NCBI RefSeq assembly: GCF_006345805.1
Contig: NC_042997.1
Span: forward strand, 145,700,001 to 145,764,000
From: Octopus sinensis
Lineage: Eukaryota
DNA: 64,000 nucleotides
Direction of reading: 5' to 3'
Part shown: positions 58,348 to 64,000 of the stretch, one piece after another
Layout: the number at the start of each line of letters is the position of its first letter
How positions within the stretch are numbered: the stretch's first letter is position 1
Position numbers and translations under genes: made by a program
The notes under the pieces: generated by a model
What the model was told of the DNA's origin: nothing
Seen by the model: the letters and a program-made list of their open reading frames with translations, nothing else
The model's database searches: none

Positions 58348-58636
58348 GTCACTCCGTCAGTTACGACGAAGAGTTTTCCAAGATTAACCTGCAAGTGGCT
58401 GAGCACTCCACAGACATGATTACCCTTAACACAGTTCTCTGCTCGATTCAGCCGGACATAGAATGTGACAAGGTTGGCCCTTTGAAATACAGGTACAATG
58501 CCCTTTTTGCCAGCTGAGTGAACTGGAGCAACGTGAAAAAATTGTTTTGCTCAAGGACACAACACGCCGCTAAGAATCGAACTCACGACCTAACGATCGT
58601 GAGCCAAATACCCAACCACTAAGCCACACGCCTTCA
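58348..58636 (-). mobile_element. SINE family B
   Basis: gctcaaggacacaacacgcc...gaatcgaactcacgacc...aaccactaagccacacgccttca. Confidence 0.87.
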
Positions 58637-59722
58637 AATGAAATACAGTAACATTCAACTGCAGGGTTTTATTCTATATACTGAACGTTTTCTCCAAAAT
58701 TCCTAGCCTTGTGTCACTTAAAGAAAATATTTGTTCGCCCCTAGTGGGTAATAAAGAAATAACTTAAAGAAATATTTACTACCACTACGATGCATAAGCA
58801 GAACAGGTTCAGCGACGTTTAACTATGATCCTTTAAGTTATGAGTTCCAACCCCGCCGGTAATTAATTTTACCTCTCAAACTTTCTGGGATCGAAAAATA
58901 AGTAGTTTATCAACTGTGTTCTTACACAATATTTCTTGGCGAATATTCAGGAACATCTGGACACTTTATTCAGAAACATCAAGAATAGAAAGTGGTTTGA
59001 ATTCATTAAAAACATATTTTCTTGTTGGTTATAAGTCTCTGACCACCAATGAGAAAACAGACCTATGATCAAAAGCATTCCAAACGTGGTAGTCCCAAAT
59101 TTTATTAAAACAATCCATGAATGACTATATTATCCAATGTGCACAATGCTTTGTTAAAAGTAGTTAAATCTAATTTGAGGGAGATATGAATTGCCATTTC
59201 TAGCGTATAGGGCGACCACTAAGAGGCTACCTCGTCGGTAGCGTTTTTTTTTCTCTTCTGAACTTGATGACATAATACCAGTAATACACTAACTTAAATC
59301 CAATCAGCCATAACCATACTTTAGAAATGGTAATTTTATAGCAGACAATAATTAAGTTCAATTTCCAGCTTATCCATATGAAACACAAAGCCGACATTTG
59401 AACTCGAATCGGTGCATTAAGAAATTCAAACTGTATGCTATTTAATCTAGCACCCTGTTACCTCTGTTATACGCCGTCTTTAATTCTATTGCGCTTTTTC
59501 TTTTCTTTTTCTTTTTAATATATGTTTTACTCAAAAGCTAACGAAGAAGGCAATATACGGTTATTCGCAGCCAAATCAACCCCAAGTGACACTCTGTCGT
59601 CTTGAAAAGAACGCAAAATAAAAGAACATCGTGCGCAAACACTGAAATCTATAGAATACTTGAATAGTTGCAGATTTTCTGTGTACTCAGTTCTTTTGAT
59701 GCGAGTTCTTTATATACATGTA

Positions 59723-59810
<88 letters not shown>

Positions 59811-60349
59811 ATAATAATAATAATAATAATAATTATAATAATGATAATATTATACCCAACCACTGGGCCTATATAACAGACTAGTCATTCAACCCGATAG
59901 AAAGAAAAATAGCCGTATCACTCTTAAATCACACCCTGCCGCATTCTAAAAAGAAAAGAAAGAAAAAGAGAGAGAATGAAAACGCTGAGTAGTGTTGTCA
60001 GGGATGCAATAAGCTTGATAAAAAAAAAAGAGCACATGGAATGCTGACGTTTGGAAAACCTTTGATCATAGATCTGCAGTGAGAATGATGACCGGGGGCC
60101 AAACTGTAGGAACAATACCATCAACTGTAGAGATTTCCATTTCAGTGGCTTAGATTCAAAAGCTTTGAAACTCTGTCTGGTATCAAATTCATATTCCGTT
60201 TTTAGAAGCAGGAAATATTTTATATTTATTTCTGTGATTGTGTTCGAGTGTACCTAGCGGGCTTGCTTGAGCGCACGTCTTATATTATAATAAATGGGTG
60301 TTATGCATTAACACTTTCTCATCCATCTCTCTTTCTCTCATACGATCTT

Positions 60350-60393
<44 letters not shown>

Positions 60394-61314
60394 CCTAAAC
60401 ACCTCTCACGCGCGCACACATATATAATAAGAGGAAGAAAGATATATAAATATGTATGTGTATAAACGAAAGGGCTTTTCGCTTCTTTCCTTACCCTAAA
60501 CACACACACTGGCATGCACACGTATGTATGTATGTATGTATGTATGTATGTATGTATGTATGTATTATGTATGTATGTATTATGTATGTATGTATGTATG
60601 TAGTATGTATGTATGTAGTATGTATGTATGTATGTATGCATGTATGCATGTATGTATGTATGTATGTATGTATGTATGTATGTTGTGTGTCTTGAGGGAG
60701 TGAGAGGGAGAGAGTGAGCGAAGTTTGATAAATAAATAAGTGTTAAAAAGCAAAAGCTTACAAGAGCTAAATATTTGTATTATGCCAATAGATGTCACAG
60801 AATATTGGTACAGAACACAAAGGCACACAAACATTGTTGATCGTTTATTAATACATCCGCTCACCCTCACTTCTACACACACACACACACACATACTCAC
60901 GTGTGTGTATGTGCGTGGGTGTGTGTGTATGTGCGTGTGTGTTGATAAACAATCAACAGTGTTCCGTCTCAATCCCACGCTATACTACAGAAGATATCCT
61001 AGAGTTCTTTATAGACAGATTTTAACACCCCATTAAATAAATATTTGTGAGACAAAATAGCTGTATCAATCGAAAAAAAGTTTCAATCAAGTGCGGGGCA
61101 TTCAATCGACAATGAAATATATCTTTTAACAGTCTACAGAGATACTAATTATCAAACCATGTTTCTAAAATCATAAATATATTGGTTAGTCTGATTTGCA
61201 TAAATATAACGCAGTCTTGGTAGTTGAATCTCCATTTTCTGTCCAGGACAAAGAACTTACAGCTATATATGACATACGTTGGTCTAAAACATATATGTAT
61301 AATGTTCTTTACCA

Positions 61315-61428
<114 letters not shown>

Positions 61429-61450
61429 TTGTTTGTCTGTCTGTCTGTCT

Positions 61451-61561
61451 GAAGATCGTAGGCTCGAAACGTAAAAGACTTTCTCACTTCCCAAGCGTTA
61501 AACTAATACATGTTTGTTGTTTACACACCCATCTTCGTCCTTTGTTTTTTATTTGTAAATT
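61451..61561 (+). mobile_element. Truncated hammerhead-motif repeat
   Basis: gaagatcgtaggctcgaaacgtaaaagactttc; starts directly after (GTCT)n. Confidence 0.7.
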
Positions 61562-61562
61562 A

Positions 61563-61615
<53 letters not shown>

Positions 61616-61616
61616 G

Positions 61617-61736
61617 GTTGACGGCCATATCACGTTGATTGCACCGGTTCTCTTCCGATTACTGAAGTTAAGCAACGTAGAGCCTAGGTAATACTTATAT
61701 GGGTGACCGCTTGGGAAACCTAAGTGCTGTAAGCAT
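61617..61736 (+). pseudogene. 5S rRNA pseudogene, 120 nt
   Basis: acggccatatcacgttga...ccggttctc.tccgat.ac.gaagttaagcaacgt.gagcc...atgggtgaccgc.tgggaa...gtgctgtaagcat matches mollusc-type 5S as recalled. It has many substitutions, including in box C, and no T4 terminator. Confidence 0.9.
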
Positions 61737-61747
61737 CTCGCACTTTA

Positions 61748-62150
61748 GACTCAGGCGTGACTGTGTGATGAGAAGCTTGCTTCCCAACCACATGGCTCTG
61801 GGTTCAATCCCAGTACATAGCATCTTGGGCAAGTATCTTCTACAATAGCCTCGGACTGACCAAAGCCTTGTCAGTGGATTTGGTGCACGGAAACTGAAAG
61901 AGGCCCTTCATATATATGTATATATATCTATGTGTGGGGGTATGTCTTTGTGTCTGTGTTTGTTCCCTCACCATTGCTTGATAACCGGTGTTAGTGTGTT
62001 TGCGTCACCGTAAAGTAGCGGTTCGGCAAGAGAAACCGCAAGAATAAGTCCAAAGCTTTAGAAATAAGTACTGAGATATATTTATTCAGCTAAAAAATTC
62101 AAGGTGGTGCCCTAGCCACATTCTTAACACTAAAAGAAGTAAAAGTAAAA

Positions 62151-62151
<1 letters not shown>
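61748..62151 (+). mobile_element. SINE family A, full length
   Basis: Head, atcttgggcaagtatcttc core and aaagtaaaagtaaaag tail. Confidence 0.88.
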
Positions 62152-62202
<51 letters not shown>

Positions 62203-62213
62203 TTATATATTTA

Positions 62214-62535
62214 GTGAAGGGAAGAAATGGAGCTGAACGAAGATTCTACAGAATTCCTTTTATTATTTTCTACACATGTTTCAAAGGCCGCAATTTCCAA
62301 TTCGGATTGAATAAGGAGACCATTTTGCAGTCCATGGGCTCTAGGGAGCGTTTTGTTCGAATAGCTTGCTGCGCATTTGTTTGGAGATTTAAATTCCTGG
62401 ATATTCCTGAGAGAAAGCTGAAAAATGGTCTCCTTATTCAATCCGAATTTGGAAATTTGCGGCCTTTGAAACATGTGTAGAAAATAATAAAAGGAATTCT
62501 GTAGAATCTTCGTTCAGCTCATTTCTTCCCTTCAT
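62214..62535. mobile_element. Foldback MITE, about 117-bp TIRs, TA flanks
   Basis: 62215-62330 is the near-perfect reverse complement of 62418-62534. TA at 62212-62213 and 62536-62537. Confidence 0.85.
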
Positions 62536-62686
62536 TAATATATTAGAACTTCTTCAATTATCCGCGCTGAGGCACGGTTGCGGCACCCCATGGTCGAACT
62601 TCAACCGTGTTTTTTCTGTTGTGATTTTTGCTACCAGGTATCGGTTAAATAATTCATTTATTTATCCATTTCAATATATATATATA

Positions 62687-62752
<66 letters not shown>

Positions 62753-62996
62753 CATAATTATAAGCATAATTATAATCAGAGGGCAGCTAACTGCTTCGCC
62801 ACGCACCGAATTTAGAAATAGGAGTTAAATGCCTTTTCTACTACCATAATATCTCCCACACAGAAACACACTTTTTTACGTAGGCAAAAGAAAAATAACG
62901 AGTCCTAACGACTCAGATTAGCTACATACGCGTTGCGAGATTAAAGTAAAGTTATATTTACTTACATATTTCTCATCTTAATTAATTTTACCCTTT

Positions 62997-63038
<42 letters not shown>

Positions 63039-63418
63039 ATATGTTTATGCATATATCTCACGAGAATCTCCGCGATCTAAACGAGATTATGGTTTCCAAA
63101 ATAGAGACGAACACCTTTCTCCATTGAGCGACTTGAAAAATTGTTAAAACTGTAGGATATTTTTCTTAACATGAATCCAATGGTAGCCTTAATTCACAAA
63201 AAGATCATATCCATCAATGCAGTGTAAAGCACTCATTTTTATCGTTCGACATTTACATATACATACATGCATACATACATACATACATACATACATACAT
63301 ACATACATACATACATACATACACACACACGCATACACACACACACACACACATATATATAATATTATAACCTAATAATATAATGAGCGTAGGGTTTTAT
63401 ATATTTGTATGTATAATA

Positions 63419-63474
<56 letters not shown>

Positions 63475-63479
63475 ATATA

Positions 63480-63663
63480 GGCGCAGGAGTGGCTGTGTGA
63501 TAAGTAGCTGCTAACCAGCCACATGGTTCCGGGTTCAGTCCCACTGCGTGGTATCTTGGGCAAGTGACTTCTGCTATATCCCCGGGCCGACCAAGGCTTT
63601 ATGAGTAGATTTGGTAGACGGAAACTGAAAGAAGCCTGTCGTATATACGTATATATATATATT

Positions 63664-63700
<37 letters not shown>

Positions 63701-63858
63701 TTGTGTTTGTCCCCGTCACTTAGCGGTTCGGCATAAGAGACTGATAGAAGAAGTACTGGGCTTACAAAGAATAAGTATCGGGGTCGATTTGCTCGACTAA
63801 AGGCGGTGCTCCAGCATGGCCGCAGTCAAATGACTGAAACAAGTAAAAGAGTAAAAGA
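63480..63858 (+). mobile_element. SINE family A, near full length
   Basis: ggcgcaggagtggctgtgtg...atcttgggcaagtgacttc...gtaaaagagtaaaag. Confidence 0.92.
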
Positions 63859-63869
63859 CTAAACTATAT

Positions 63870-63941
<72 letters not shown>

Positions 63942-64000
63942 TATATATATATATATATATATTTGTCCAGAACCATGCCGAGCGCGGAGGAGGAGAGAAT

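Overview
AT-rich, microsatellite-saturated animal DNA, most likely octopus. That assignment is inferred from recalled SINE and LINE families and a mollusc-type 5S sequence, not from a database search. No host protein-coding gene can be supported, and most ORF-track entries are artefacts of (TA)n, (CA)n, (TTA)n, (TATC)n and (ACAT)n arrays. The window is a transposable-element landscape. DNA transposons: one full-length Tc1-type DD34E element with an intact 338-aa transposase and about 220-bp IR/DR ends (29261-30888), decayed DD37D and mariner copies, and hAT-, Tigger- and foldback-type MITEs. Non-LTR elements: a 6-kb co-oriented stack of R4/Dong-type (RLE) LINE fragments separated mostly by (TAA)n (33.0-39.0 kb), two L1/Tx1-like copies, one bounded by (TATC)n and one with part of its endonuclease region amplified into a 4 x 236-bp array, and an RLE family with (ACAT)n tails. 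Small elements: four SINE-like families, a 5S rRNA pseudogene abutting a SINE, and three short repeats carrying a minimal hammerhead-ribozyme-like motif. There are also several perfect or long inverted repeats. The most notable pattern is that each retroelement family appears tied to its own microsatellite motif.
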